Shown here: positions 36,668 to 48,584 of the stretch, piece by piece | How the letters are laid out: the number at the start of each line of letters is the position of its first letter | Position numbering within the stretch: the first letter of the stretch is position 1 | Source of the DNA: Coniocarpon cinnabarinum | Taxonomy: Eukaryota | Direction: 5' to 3' | Assembly: GCA_051942205.1 (NCBI GenBank) | Contig: JAVECO010000032.1 | Location: forward strand, 1-64,000 | Length of the DNA: 64,000 nt | The notes under the pieces: model-generated | The model's input: only the letters and a program-made list of their open reading frames with translations | The model's database searches: none | What the model was told of the DNA's origin: nothing | Position numbers and translations under genes: made by a program

Positions 36668-37696
36668 GGCGGGTTTTCTTTGGTACACACGAGGTTGTCA
36701 GTAGATGCACGCAAGGGCGAAACCATGCTGACGCTCCACAGGGAATACCTTCAAGCCACTAATCCGATCATGATATTGCAATCGTTTGCGAAGGTAAGCG
36801 CGAGCTAGCATTTTTCAACGTCACCCACCAGTCCAGTCGTGCAGCGTTCTTACCGACTTGCAAAGCTCGCAACGACTCTACTCCGAGACTCTGCTACATT
36901 TTCTGTGGTTTTGAAAGCAGCATCTTCGTCGAGCCTATGCTGTGGTTGTTATATAGTCACATGATCAAAGACCTCAACGAGCCTTGCCAGAGATGCAATA
37001 CTCTGGCAATCAAGTCTCGGCTGCTGTGATTCAATGCGGAGTAAACCTAATTTGCTGCAGGAAGTCGAACGCCTGTACATGCATTGCGCTTATTGTAAGC
37101 TCACGACCGGACATACTATATAGTACGTGAATGTATACCAGGCTACGGCGAAATGCTGCAGTCCATACACCTGGCTGGTATGCAAAGGAATAGCTGAAGG
37201 TCGTCCCCTTTCCAATGGCATTCATGCCTTGTGCTTTCGTACTCGCACGTTGCGAGGACCTGCACTCCGATTCAACACATCTGATCTGAGTTGTCACGTG
37301 ACGTGATGCCTCACACGTGATTGTCGCACTGAGGCCCTACAAGGCAATTGGTGAGGAGTTTGTTCACACCACCTGCTGATGTAGACTCTCGCACCAGGTG
37401 CTGTTCTCTGAGATCTACAACCAACACTTCTCTCCTCTGCAAAACCTTCTCTACAAGTACGCTGATCCGCCTCTACTATGTGCATGCTATCGATCGCACC
37501 CTTGGTCCAGCCTTTGCTCTCATTCTGAACTTCAGATACTGTCACCTTCTGTGTGCATGATGACTGGAGGCACTCTCGTTACATCAGCCGGCCTACATCA
37601 ATTTGGACTACCATTCACCGCCTCATCGAGCTGTAAGTGGCTTCGTGTCCTCCTCAATGTTTCTTCAGGTTGCTCACGATTTAGACAGCTGCCACT

Positions 37697-38548
37697 ATGT
37701 CTGGCCGAAAGCGAAAAGCCGATGACGACCCTCAGGACGATCCCGCCACACGCATGTCGTCGTCTCCGTCACCGAGCCCTGTGATGCCATGGCGTTTACA
37801 GCCAGGACGCATGCGACCTATTAAAAAGGCGAGGACTGGTGTCACAGGAGGACCCTTGCCATTGCCCCGCCTGCTTGAGACGCTCAGCCCAGACCAGCTG
37901 CGTGGCATCGTTCGTACGATCTGTGATCAACACCCCCAGATTGGATCACAGATCGTTTCTGCTACACCACGACCTAGCGTTGCATCAGCGCTCGGTGTTC
38001 TCGCTAATTACGAAGCCTCACTGCGCGATGCGTTTCCGTATGGCGATCGTCCTACCGCTGAATACGCATACAATAGAGTTCGTCATTCATTGATGGATCT
38101 CCTAGAAGCGCTTAGAGACTACACGCCTCATTTCCTTCCTCCCAATGAGCAGCAGCCGATGATTTCGTTGGAATACCTCGACGGCGCGACTGCCGTCATT
38201 CATCATCTTCCCAATTGGGATTCGTATCAGAACAATCGTCACAAACAAGACGCCTATGAAGAGATTGCTCAGGCATGGATTCTGGTTATCAGAGAAGCAG
38301 CAAAGAAAGGCGGGGGCATCCAGTTGCAGCTCAGTGGTTGGGATCAGAAATTGAACAGGCACGATCAGGAGTCGGGTGGCAGATTGCAAGCCGCTACTGC
38401 TGAGCTTCGTAGCTCACTTGATTGGATGGGCGGTACAGCGACTGGGTTCCTACCCGTGGAAAGTTACGAAGATCGAGCATCAATACGTCAGCAACTTATG
38501 AATGGTTCGTACGGCAGCAACAGCCCAGTTCAGGTTGGCCCATGGTGA
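37697..38548 (+). CDS. STS1: Nuclear proteasome tethering factor Sts1/Cut8
   Basis: RKRKA NLS, GPLPLPRLLETL, YAYNRVR, TPHFLPPNE. Probable 5'UTR intron 37633-37684. Confidence 0.9.
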   Translation: MSGRKRKADDDPQDDPATRMSSSPSPSPVMPWRLQPGRMRPIKKARTGVTGGPLPLPRLLETLSPDQLRGIVRTICDQHPQIGSQIVSATPRPSVASALGVLANYEASLRDAFPYGDRPTAEYAYNRVRHSLMDLLEALRDYTPHFLPPNEQQPMISLEYLDGATAVIHHLPNWDSYQNNRHKQDAYEEIAQAWILVIREAAKKGGGIQLQLSGWDQKLNRHDQESGGRLQAATAELRSSLDWMGGTATGFLPVESYEDRASIRQQLMNGSYGSNSPVQVGPW

Positions 38549-39443
38549 AGACAATTCTGGAACTGTTGACACAGTTGGCGTGTTCGCAAAATTTTCCGGT
38601 TGCATCACCGAATTTTTATTCAAGCGTTCTACGGCCTTGCGCCAGTGATGAAATTGTAAATGACAATTTGTCACAAGCATACACGGCGTTTGGATGTTAC
38701 TTGGGCAAAGGCACTGCTGCGATCAAATACCTTCAGACCAGTATATAGCAAGACATCACGATTCACGGCATTTCCGCAGAGATAGCGATTGCCGTCTGCA
38801 CAACATTCAAGAAACGTCTAACAACGTCCACAAACCTAATACATTGGCATGCTTCATTCGTATGCGCTTTTGCCCGTCACGACCGCAAGCCGTATTACAT
38901 GTGGATGATGCAGTACGCAAGATTCTCCACATGAGGCCAACCGAGAACTGTATTGAGGTTGCTGCGAATTATGCAATGGTGCTAAGGCTGGTTATTTGTG
39001 GTGCTAATCCTAAGCATAAGGCCCACATTCACGTTGATGGAAAATGAAGATGTGGCAATGAAACAGTGACAGACGCCGTTGGTGCATCGAAGCGGTCTTC
39101 GGCATGATATTCAGCTGGTGCGCTGATTGGCATAGCTATTGTTTCCTTGCCCAGTACTCACGCATCACGACTTTCGAACTTTCACCTTCGCCGAGCCTAA
39201 TGGTCGATGTGAGAGGACAACACAATTTTCCTAAGCTCACCTTAAAAGACAGTCGCTGTGACAAGACCGTCATCTGAAGCTTGCTTTTTCTTGTCGAACA
39301 CAACCCAATACTTTTGCAGTATGTTAATGGTGTGGCGCTGCCGCTAACATCTTTCGCATTTATTGGAGAACACTCTCGCAGAATCATCCAGGATTACGCA
39401 ATAGCTGTCAAGCTCTAGCTGCAACATTCTGGAATCATCGACG

Positions 39444-40646
39444 ATGACCGCAGTAAAGAAACACGGCATATTCATTCAGATTCGGCGTGATTGCAACCCC
39501 AAAGATCCTGCGATGATCTACGACTGGCGCAGGATCCAGCCACTTCGAGTGCGGGACTCATTGAAATATATCGAGTCCCGTGACGACGAATTCTTCTCAG
39601 TTTTTGTCTCCTTTCTATCCTCAGAAAAGCTCGAGTTTGACCAATCCATGCATTGGAAACTTCAGATCGAGTTTGAGGGAAAGGCCGTATACAAGGAGAA
39701 CATCACTAATAAGCAAGTCAGCATGAAATGGAGTCGTAACATCGCAAAAGCAAATATTGGACGGCTGAGGGGAAAATCCTTCTGCTTCGAAAAGGCTAAA
39801 TTCCCCAACGAGATTCGTGACCAGGATATTACCAATGAGGGCACGAATCAGGATACAATATCTGTTCGCTTTTTTCGTCTGGCCGTGGAAGGTGTAGATG
39901 CAGCAAGATCAAGCAGCTCCGACTGCAATCAGGTCCAAGAGAGCACCGAACGTCTTGATCTACATCCGAAAAAGCTACTCAGTGATCCCCAGTTACAGCA
40001 TGCCCACAGACCTGGCGCTCGTGCCAAACCAAAAGCCATTACTAGATTGATCGATAGAGAACCCAAGTACAAATATCTGCAGTTGGATGACGAGGTCAAT
40101 CCATTCTACATATGTGACTTCAAGCTCCGCAATGCGCGTCAGCTCCGAGAATTGGGATTGATTGCGCCAACTAATGAACAGTATCTGCAGAGAGCAGGTC
40201 AAAGTCGTCACACGAAAAAGCAGATTGAGGCAATCAGACAACGGCAGAACCCGTTCAATATCATTAATGATAACGAGGAAGACGATGACGACGAGTGTCA
40301 GATCCTAGAGTGGAACTCTAAGCCCCCACCGGTATCAAATTCTGGGAGCAAACGCAAGCGTCAAGCTGGCACAAAGGCACAAAGGCGAAAGAAGCCAAGG
40401 CAAAACGTCGATACTGACAATCCAAGAGGCTCATCCCAAAGTGCATATCGGAATGTCTCACAATCACCGCAAGATGAGCCGGCTGGTGCTTCTCTTGGGA
40501 ATCCAATACTTGTTGAACAGGATGATGATGAGTATGGAACGGTCATTGCCAATGCATCGGATGAGGACGCTGATTGGAAGGACACCCTAACTCTTGAGCC
40601 AGAGACGTACCTGAGCCACTTCACTGGTCCGGAGTCACCAGATTAG
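39444..40646 (+). CDS. Hypothetical protein with a basic NLS-like segment and acidic tail
   Basis: 400-aa ATG-initiated ORF. PFYICDFKLRNARQLRELGLI resembles a widespread fungal domain of unknown function. KRKR...RRKKPR near the C-terminus. Confidence 0.65.
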   Translation: MTAVKKHGIFIQIRRDCNPKDPAMIYDWRRIQPLRVRDSLKYIESRDDEFFSVFVSFLSSEKLEFDQSMHWKLQIEFEGKAVYKENITNKQVSMKWSRNIAKANIGRLRGKSFCFEKAKFPNEIRDQDITNEGTNQDTISVRFFRLAVEGVDAARSSSSDCNQVQESTERLDLHPKKLLSDPQLQHAHRPGARAKPKAITRLIDREPKYKYLQLDDEVNPFYICDFKLRNARQLRELGLIAPTNEQYLQRAGQSRHTKKQIEAIRQRQNPFNIINDNEEDDDDECQILEWNSKPPPVSNSGSKRKRQAGTKAQRRKKPRQNVDTDNPRGSSQSAYRNVSQSPQDEPAGASLGNPILVEQDDDEYGTVIANASDEDADWKDTLTLEPETYLSHFTGPESPD

Positions 40647-41471
40647 CACAATCATTCTGGAGACGATCCTTGACGGCGGCAAGACGACTCGGAATGACTA
40701 CAATGTCTACGATCAAGCAAATGTAAATAATCTGATCGTCTGCAACCGATCAATGAGGATCTTTGAGGACTAGCATGGCAAAAGTCGAATGTTATGGGGC
40801 TGACATTCTTCATCTCAACGAGGTTCGACCGGTCGTCTTCATTCACAACAAGCAGGATTTCGTGAATACTTCAGCAAAAAATCTGTTGCTTCAGGAGAAA
40901 CAATTCCCAGAAAAGCATGAACAAGGTTAGCAGGTGGCTGCATGGAGATAGCAAGCCTTTCAGAGAATGTAACCACTGCCTTTTGACGGAGCTTGACCGC
41001 GAAGAATGGAAGACTTTGCCCCAAGATCAGTCATGATAAGCTCATCTTTATGGCACATCTGGCCGGGGGCATTTGCTGGTTAGCAATACGCCTAGACTGT
41101 CTGGTATGAAGAGGCCTTTGTAAACGGGTGACGTGGAAAGGGCGATAGCAGCCCACCTACTCAAAGGCTATGCAGGGCGCTAGTCTCAATGGCAGCGCTA
41201 TTGGACGTGTGTGGGACGAGGCTCTGACAGTTTTATGGAACCTTTTCGGTTTTTGCTCGTTAATGTTGATCGTTGATTCTATTCTTAATGGACTCGACTT
41301 CAGATAGACCCAAAGCCTGTCACAATTGGGTTATTCTTCCCTTTTCTCGCACTCTTCTCGTCTTTTTTTCTGCAACTGTCAGACTTCAGTGAGCCAACAC
41401 GCGACTCGTTGCTCGAAGAGCTCGACCTTCCCATGTGAATCGTTGCTCACAGACGCTCTGAGATTACTGTA

Positions 41472-42911
41472 CTAATCAACCGTCCAGATGTTGACTTCTC
41501 CGTCATCACCTGTGCTCACGATGACTTCTTCATCTCGATGCCTTTTGGTCCCGTCATGCCTCCTTGACCAGCAAACATGATTCACCTCAAACACACCATG
41601 GGCAGCATCTAGAATAGCACGGACGTGCCACTCAGTCTGAAGTGCGTCCCTGCCACTTGCTTCAGTGACCCCTTCTGTAACATCGCGATTGCCATTCACT
41701 TGGTACATGGCAACATCACTGTCGCTGGAAAGCGGTGCTGCAGACGAGCTGACAGGCAACGTGCGTTTGGTTTCCTCATAGACGACGATTTTGCCATCGC
41801 TTGCGCAGCTGACCACGCGCCCTGTCATCTCGCTCCAGCTGATCGCATATATGGGCCTTTCGTGAACTTTGGGCAGCTGCTGCTCTTCGAACCAGTCTTC
41901 TTCGTCACTTGTACTGCGGATGATGCTTGGGATTTTCGGGGCCTCGGTCTGCTTGCGAGGAGGTTTAGGTCGTCTCCGCCATAGTCGAATAGTCAAATCG
42001 TCCGAACAAGACATGATTCTGGGCCCAGATTGCGGCTTGTCGTCATCTGCAGGATTGATACCAGCAGCCTCGTGTGCCCCACTTTCATCTTCACTGCGAC
42101 CTGCCCAGTCTGCGAGCCTCTGCATTCGCTCCAAATGACTGATAGGCTCCCAGGCCACACACCATACAGTGCCTTTATGCCCATCTCCAAGGCCCACGCA
42201 GGTCCACTCACCTTCAATGTCTTCTCTCCAAATTCGTACACTGTCGTCGTAACTGCCACTCACCAGACATCCCTCATCACTAGGATGCCACGCCACACAC
42301 TTGACATCGCCCTCGTGCTCTTGCAGCACCGCCACAGTCTCCAAGTTATCCTCTTCATCGGGTAGGGTTTCCCATATCCAGACCGACTTATCTCGAGAGC
42401 ATGAGGCTAGAAACGTGCCGTGCGGTGACCACGTGAGCGACTTGATCTCGGAGTCGTGGCCCGTGAGTTGGACAGCGTAAGCATAGTCGTCTTCGTCCCC
42501 TGAGTCAAGAGGTTCGAGCTCCTCTTCGTCGACTGTATCGTCAACCAAATCGTTCCCACCGTCATCACGGGATTGCCGAAAGCGTGAGAGAGCAGCGCCA
42601 CCGATCCTGCGTTTACGGTTCTCGCCCTTCCATATTCCGGCTGTAGCATCGAAGCTGCCAGTCGCCAGAACAGAATCTGGATCAGAAGGCAAGCCGGGTT
42701 TCCAGGCCACGGCGCGGACCGAGCGTTTATGTCCACCTGTGATCTGGGACTGCTGAGTGAATGTGGTTAGAGAATATATTCTCACGATCTTATCGGATGA
42801 AACTGTGGCCACAAGTGGCAGGTATGGGTGGGGGGCTGATTGCCATGATCGCGAATTGGACGGAGGTGTCAGTGAAGCGAGGGCATTAATGGTCGATGTG
42901 GCCCCTGCCAT
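41472..42911 (-). CDS. CIA1: Cytosolic Fe-S assembly WD40 protein Cia1
   Basis: GHKRSVRAVAW, GHDSEIKS, SCSRDKSVWIWE, LQEHEGDVKCVAWHP, AHGVFEVNHVCW and STGDDG. Confidence 0.93.
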   Translation of the reverse strand: MAGATSTINALASLTPPSNSRSWQSAPHPYLPLVATVSSDKIVRIYSLTTFTQQSQITGGHKRSVRAVAWKPGLPSDPDSVLATGSFDATAGIWKGENRKRRIGGAALSRFRQSRDDGGNDLVDDTVDEEELEPLDSGDEDDYAYAVQLTGHDSEIKSLTWSPHGTFLASCSRDKSVWIWETLPDEEDNLETVAVLQEHEGDVKCVAWHPSDEGCLVSGSYDDSVRIWREDIEGEWTCVGLGDGHKGTVWCVAWEPISHLERMQRLADWAGRSEDESGAHEAAGINPADDDKPQSGPRIMSCSDDLTIRLWRRRPKPPRKQTEAPKIPSIIRSTSDEEDWFEEQQLPKVHERPIYAISWSEMTGRVVSCASDGKIVVYEETKRTLPVSSSAAPLSSDSDVAMYQVNGNRDVTEGVTEASGRDALQTEWHVRAILDAAHGVFEVNHVCWSRRHDGTKRHRDEEVIVSTGDDGEVNIWTVD

Positions 42912-43274
42912 GTCTATCAAGGTAGGCACGTGTATGCTTTCAGTAGTGCAGTTCTAAACGTAGCATGCAATTCTGCGTTCTTGACGACATTCTGTGGTCT
43001 ATGGAAAGCTTTGCTTGGACACCCAGTCTCACTTGCCGTAATCTGTGATGAGATTGTTCGTGACTGATTCATCTTTTCGTTCAACGTCATTTGATAGGAT
43101 CTCCAATGGGTGCTCGATGTTGATCACTATTCGGCCGAGCTTCGGAGCCGAGTCATGCAGAGAGCAAGAGCAGCTACATCTCCTTCACTTTTGACATCCG
43201 GCAACTGAGCGACACATTTCCTGCATATGAGCTGCGGACCGTGCGGACAAGGGTGTCGCTAATTTTATTACACC

Positions 43275-43976
43275 ATGGCCAGTACGAGCGCCCCGGTAGG
43301 GATGGCGTCTGCCTGCATTTAATCGTCCGTCTTAGAGACTAATGTCTTCGAAGCCAGTTTCAGAAACGCAGCTGCACTTGATCGCTAAAGATGTAAGAGC
43401 TTCGCTCGCGGCGCTCCGCAATGCGATCTTTGCTGACCGTAGCAAGGCTTGTGAGACGACCTTGGCCAGCGCAACCTCATACCGCCACGAATCGACCGAA
43501 TCATGGAATGGCTCCATCATTAACAAGATACTTACCTCCCTCATCTCCTCTTCGAGCGTCTCTACTTCATCGCTCGAGCCCACGCCCTCGGAGAAGCCAC
43601 AATACAAATTTGCTGTGAATTCTACAATTATTCAACATCTTGACTCTCCGAAAGCTTCCACAAGCACGATGGTCGATGCGAGTGCCGGCACCGAAAGCCA
43701 GCCATCCACCTTGCCGGAGACCGTGAAGGCGACGTCGGCAACAAATGGCATCAGTAGTGAGGCGAGTGGGTTTGCCCCATCCAAGGAAAAAAGGGGTATG
43801 CATTGTTCTACGGTGAGCTCTCCGATTCCTTCCTCACTGCTGCTCAGCATGCTCATGAGACTCTGCAGGGTGGGTATTGGAACAACGCAACGGATGGCAT
43901 GTGGAACTACAAGTGGGAAGGTGGGGATGCAAAAGGTCTCGATGTTGTCATAAGCTTGATCTGGATGGCAGCATAG
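43275..43976 (+). CDS. Tctex-1-type dynein light chain; introns 43296-43353, 43393-43446 and 43813-43868
   Basis: YKFAVNSTIIQ, RGMHCST|GGYWNNATDGMWNYKW, LDVVISLIW. Confidence 0.85.
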
Positions 43977-44219
43977 GCAAGGGCAAGAGTGGGGCTTGCT
44001 CTGGTCACAGTTCTCTACCTATTAAGTCAGTCAAGCAGAGCCTGGTACGAATTTCGAAGTCACTTGAGGTTGGGTCGAACACGCGCGAGATTGTGAATTC
44101 CCTTGGCGTGGGAAAATACGGCGGAAGCACTTATTTGTGCAAGGTATTAATGCAGCTGAAGAAGAGGTGGACTGAGCTATCTGAGGAAGTCTGGAGATGA
44201 ATGGCTGGGTCACCGTGAC

Positions 44220-45818
44220 TTAGCAATTGCATTCACTCGCTGCGGCCATTGCTGCCACCATGTGTTTTGGCGGGTGTGCCATCTCCAGTCTTCTTCGACA
44301 CCAGTACATGTCTCCCCGTTTCGGATCCATCACGCACGCAAACTGGGTGGCCTCATTGGAAACTGGAAAGTCATTGACCCAGCTCACGACATCCTCTTCG
44401 TCCACGCTCACGTCCTCGTCCGTCGATTCGGGATGGCGTAACTTGTGCTCGGCACATGCGTCCTTCCATTTCTCCGCCATACACAGTTTCCGATCCACCG
44501 ACTCCTCGATTAGCATTTGCATTTCCGCTTTGTCCTGCAAACCTCGGCTGCCTTGTATGTTGTTACTTGATCTGACCTTCGTCACGTCTTCCGAATCGTA
44601 CTTGACGTCGGTATTGGTAGCTGCAAGAAATGATTCAGAACTTATTATGTTCGCGGAGTCAAAGTCCTTCTCAAGCACTCTGGTCTCTTGTCCGTCCGAG
44701 AAGATCACATAGGCAGAACATGTCTGCGTCTGCTGAAGAGCATCAACGACAATATCTAGATTTGATTTCCCGTCCCGAAACTGTGGCATGTACAAGTCGG
44801 GACGTGAGGGTCGAAAGATGCAAGACCGTAGCACCGACGATATAGAAGGTCGTCGGCCCAACAACACCAATAAGACGTGCCAATAGTACTGCTTGTTTTT
44901 CTCGCTTGTGCTACTGTCATGCTCAGCACGGAAGTTGAGCGACAAACTCAAGTTGGGCATCACGCCAGTCAGGATTCCGACAAAGCCTGCGTATGTGACA
45001 TTTTGCGCAATGACTGTGGGATCTGGACTTCGAACGTAGCGAAGTCGAACTACGCTCTTGCGCAAAGGCTCCATGCCCCAATCCAGAGTTCGGTAATGAA
45101 GCATACGAGTACTCTTGGGGTCATCGCGATCCCTGACTCGAACGCCACCCGATGAACAGCCCATGAATGTGTCAAGCAGGAGATTTAAGGCTACCAACAA
45201 GAACATGCTGACACCTGGATAAACTGTTAGCATTTCCGTCCCAGCTGCTCCGCTGTGATAAGGATATCTTGAGCGTGGGTCGTCCAGTCACGACCCAAGC
45301 CCAAATCGAATGCTCGTGCAGACGCGCAATTTCATAATGAACTTCGCGTCATCGCTAAGGAGGTCTTACGTGGAGGATTCTCCCAATCGGATTTTGAACA
45401 TACCGGCAGCTTTAGCAATGCCTCTGATTTCGTCGGTCTCCTCCTTGCTGTAGAGCCTGCGAAGCAGGAGTTTGGCGGCTATGATGAACGGTTTGATCGG
45501 TAACTTTGGATGAATGTCATGGATGAGCTGTGCAAACAGATCGGCTAGAACTTTTATCTGATCCCTCATATCCTTCGCCAAGGCTACGTAGCGTTGGCGT
45601 GGAGGGAGATTCAAATCAATGGTGTAGAGCGGCGGTTCTTCAGACGAGCCTAGGGCTGCATCATCAGACTGTGGCTCTTTCGGAGTTGACAGAGAATCAT
45701 TGGAACTTTCGTCAGCTGACGATTCTGCGACATGTAGTTGAAGAGGTGTATGTATCTCTGTTGCATCCAATGGTGACAAGTCCAACCAGGCGACATCGTT
45801 GCCGGCCTTTTCCTCCAT
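44220..45818 (-). CDS. Acid ceramidase / N-acylethanolamine acid amidase-like Ntn hydrolase; intron 45215-45403
   Basis: YTIDLNLPPRQRY, EIRGIA, autocleavage site MG|CSSG, RTLDWGM, GFVGILTG and SLSLNFR. Confidence 0.85.
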
Positions 45819-46241
45819 GACCGCGATATGCACCCTATTCAGTTATTATCGAGCGACCGACATAGAAGTGATCCTCTGCCAAAATAGGCGGACTGAGACA
45901 TTCAGATGAGCCAGCGCTGCAAGGGACTTGGTCGACAAGTGGCATTTTGCGTGCCGTAACGAGGGCGGACGGTGACGGACAGACACATTGCAGACTCCTA
46001 GCTCATCACTAGGTTCCCAGTATGCATTGCAAACAGCAGACTCACTGTCGCCCCATGCGCCCCAAGTGAGTTGGCTACGTGTCACGCGGGTGAGATCGAA
46101 GTAGCAGTTTCATGTTGACCCCTCAGGGATTGACACCATGTCACATGACCATCTTACTCCAGATTTCTTCCAGACACTCCACTTCCTCCTCCAACAACGA
46201 CGATTTATTCTCCCTTGGATTGGGCACAAAATGATTCTTGC

Positions 46242-47513
46242 CTACCGTTGCCCTCCAGCTTCTCGCTGTCGCTCTCGCTCGGCTCTTTCCTCAACTGCTA
46301 GCTCGCCCATAGGCGGTAATTCAGGCAGAGCCAATCTCGCCACACACCCTCTCGCCCGGCGCCTCATGCGCCACAATGTTCCTTCACTCAAACGCACAGC
46401 GGAACCGGGCCTCTGACCTCGCTCCATGGCAAAGCGCTCCCTCTCATCCCGCTCATCGACCTCTTCCATCCATTTCAGAATCTTTCGGCGCACAATGTTC
46501 CGTATGTCACGGCTCATGCACGCGATCGCAAACAGGTTGCGTAGGTGCAGATGAGTCGTTAGCAACTGGGACCTTTGCATACACGGGCCATGAACAAAAA
46601 CTCTCTCATGGTCGCGAAGCGCGCGTTCAATCAGAGGTTCTAGAATCACTAGCCAATTTTCTAACGGAAGCTCCGGATGTCGAGCTGGTTCAGGATCGGG
46701 TATGCGGCGTCCAGGGATGCTCAACCTCGCCACGTAATTCCTCGCCATTGTCAGCTGATTGACTTTCGTCGCCCGGTTCACCATCGCAACGTCGCCCTGC
46801 GATAGTCCCATGTTCCAATTTTCCTGAAGCTGCGAATTGACTGCATTGATGGTCTGGTCTGTCTGGGCAATATACCAATCGATCCTTTCTCTGACCAGCT
46901 GTGCGCTATCATGGTTCGTCAGCGCTACATCGTATAACCTCTCGATGCAATGCCCGTGCAGTGGGTCCCTGATTGTTCGTGATCCTCCACGAGCAACGCT
47001 CAGTCCGCAGTCTTCATGCGAAGAACAATGCTGCTCATGTTCTCTCAGCTCGCGGTCGATTAAGTGTAAAAGTATCGCATGGCGCGCCTTTGCTGGAAGT
47101 AAATGAAGATTCGCCGGCGGCGGAAATAGATCACTCAAGAGCAAATGCGTTAATCTTTGCGAAACAAAATCCCGCCTGGCATTCTGCTTAGTTTCGTTTC
47201 TCTCAACACTCCCGGGAGCACTTTTGATTCGTGCACTGAGCTCTCCTGTCCTCTGTTGCATGCCACTAATGTACAAGCGAAGTCGACGCCGAACGATGCC
47301 GGCTGCGTGTTGGCTGCTCTTGGCAAGTTTTTGGAGGCCTCCTAAATGTTTTTCTGAAGACTGAGGAGTTATTTCTTCGTTTTCGTCTCTGTCCCCGTAC
47401 TCGTACGCGGAGAGAGCGCGATCCGTCTCCCGTATAATTGTGTCGGTGAATGGCTCTTCATCCTCTGCGCGAGGTCGCTTTTGACCTAGGTGGGAAGCTG
47501 TTGGATCGTCCAT
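46242..47513 (-). CDS. Hypothetical protein, no recognisable domain
   Basis: 423-aa ATG-initiated ORF; helical, Arg/Glu-rich; N-terminal KRPR. Confidence 0.6.
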   Translation of the reverse strand: MDDPTASHLGQKRPRAEDEEPFTDTIIRETDRALSAYEYGDRDENEEITPQSSEKHLGGLQKLAKSSQHAAGIVRRRLRLYISGMQQRTGELSARIKSAPGSVERNETKQNARRDFVSQRLTHLLLSDLFPPPANLHLLPAKARHAILLHLIDRELREHEQHCSSHEDCGLSVARGGSRTIRDPLHGHCIERLYDVALTNHDSAQLVRERIDWYIAQTDQTINAVNSQLQENWNMGLSQGDVAMVNRATKVNQLTMARNYVARLSIPGRRIPDPEPARHPELPLENWLVILEPLIERALRDHERVFVHGPCMQRSQLLTTHLHLRNLFAIACMSRDIRNIVRRKILKWMEEVDERDERERFAMERGQRPGSAVRLSEGTLWRMRRRARGCVARLALPELPPMGELAVEERAERERQREAGGQR

Positions 47514-48145
47514 ATCGGCACAAAACTGAGTTCGTCAGCATGAAGTGCACATATCGGGCTGTGCTTCACGATGATTCTTATGCATCGGCTGGAGCCAGGT
47601 GTCGAAGACCTGAAGTAGTGAATATTCTTTGCACGCGACTCTGACATTGCTCTACATTGCGTGATATTTGCGACAAGACTTCGCGCAATCCTTCCATTCA
47701 TGAAGGCTTGTCAGTGCTTGCGTGTTTGCTCTGAGTCTCATTTGTCACTGAACACTGTGGTCTATTTGTGCATGCAAATTTAGCGGCAAGGAATGGTACA
47801 TCATGTAGTGCAAGTCAAAATGTTCTCGTGCCACTGCTCTTTGCTTTTATGAAATCATTCAAACAGAAATCTTATGTCTCCAGGAACACTGTCGTCTGCA
47901 GAACATCATTCACGGCGGACTTTACGCACCTCTACGATAGCCCCAAACTCGACTTACTGCTTAAGACAATCCTTCTGAATTGCAACACAAGCCTCTGCAC
48001 GCCCAATGATGAATCTGGACTGGCATTCTCACGTCTAAAAATGTCGAATCGCTCAATGGCCAGGTTGACTGCATAGGTATCACGTCTGTCCGCAAATCTT
48101 CATGCTTCTTCATGCAAGTACTCATACAAGGGCTTGTTCAAGACT

Positions 48146-48584
48146 TCAAGCATGCATGCTTGCGCCTCCCGTCTCAATCGCATCCATCTCTTCCAACGAG
48201 AATGGCGTCCTCCGAAACCTCGCTGGTAGCTCGTCGCGGTCGAAGAATGCGCCCTTTGGTGGCTGTACCGATCCGAGAGACGCGCCAGACCGCGTAGTGG
48301 TGGCGGTAGACGAGGATCTGAGCGGGCCGAGCGGGCCATGTTGTTGGGCTTTCTGGCGGTAAGATGCGAAGGTCTCGGGGAGGTGGTCGGTGGGCGCGGC
48401 TGGGTGTGCGTGCGGAGTGTGGTCCATCTCTAAGATAATATGTGTCAGTATACTTTGAAGCACATCCTGACAGAGGTGAAGGGGAAGACAGGGAGGAATT
48501 GCACACACGTTTCGGAATTGCTCGCTTGCCGATGAATTTGATCATTGGCTGACGCTGCAGCAGCAACTGTCTTGTAATAAACAT
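48146..48584 (-). CDS. KGD4: Kgd4/Ymr31 (MRPS36-like) alpha-ketoglutarate dehydrogenase adaptor; intron 48430-48508
   Basis: PMIKFIGKR, HTPHAHPAAP, YRQKAQQHGPL and ELPARFRR...EMDAIETGGA. Confidence 0.88.

Noticed and set aside
37557..37632. ATGATGA resembling a C box upstream of STS1
   Set aside because: No suitably placed CTGA D box or terminal stem, so it was not called a snoRNA.
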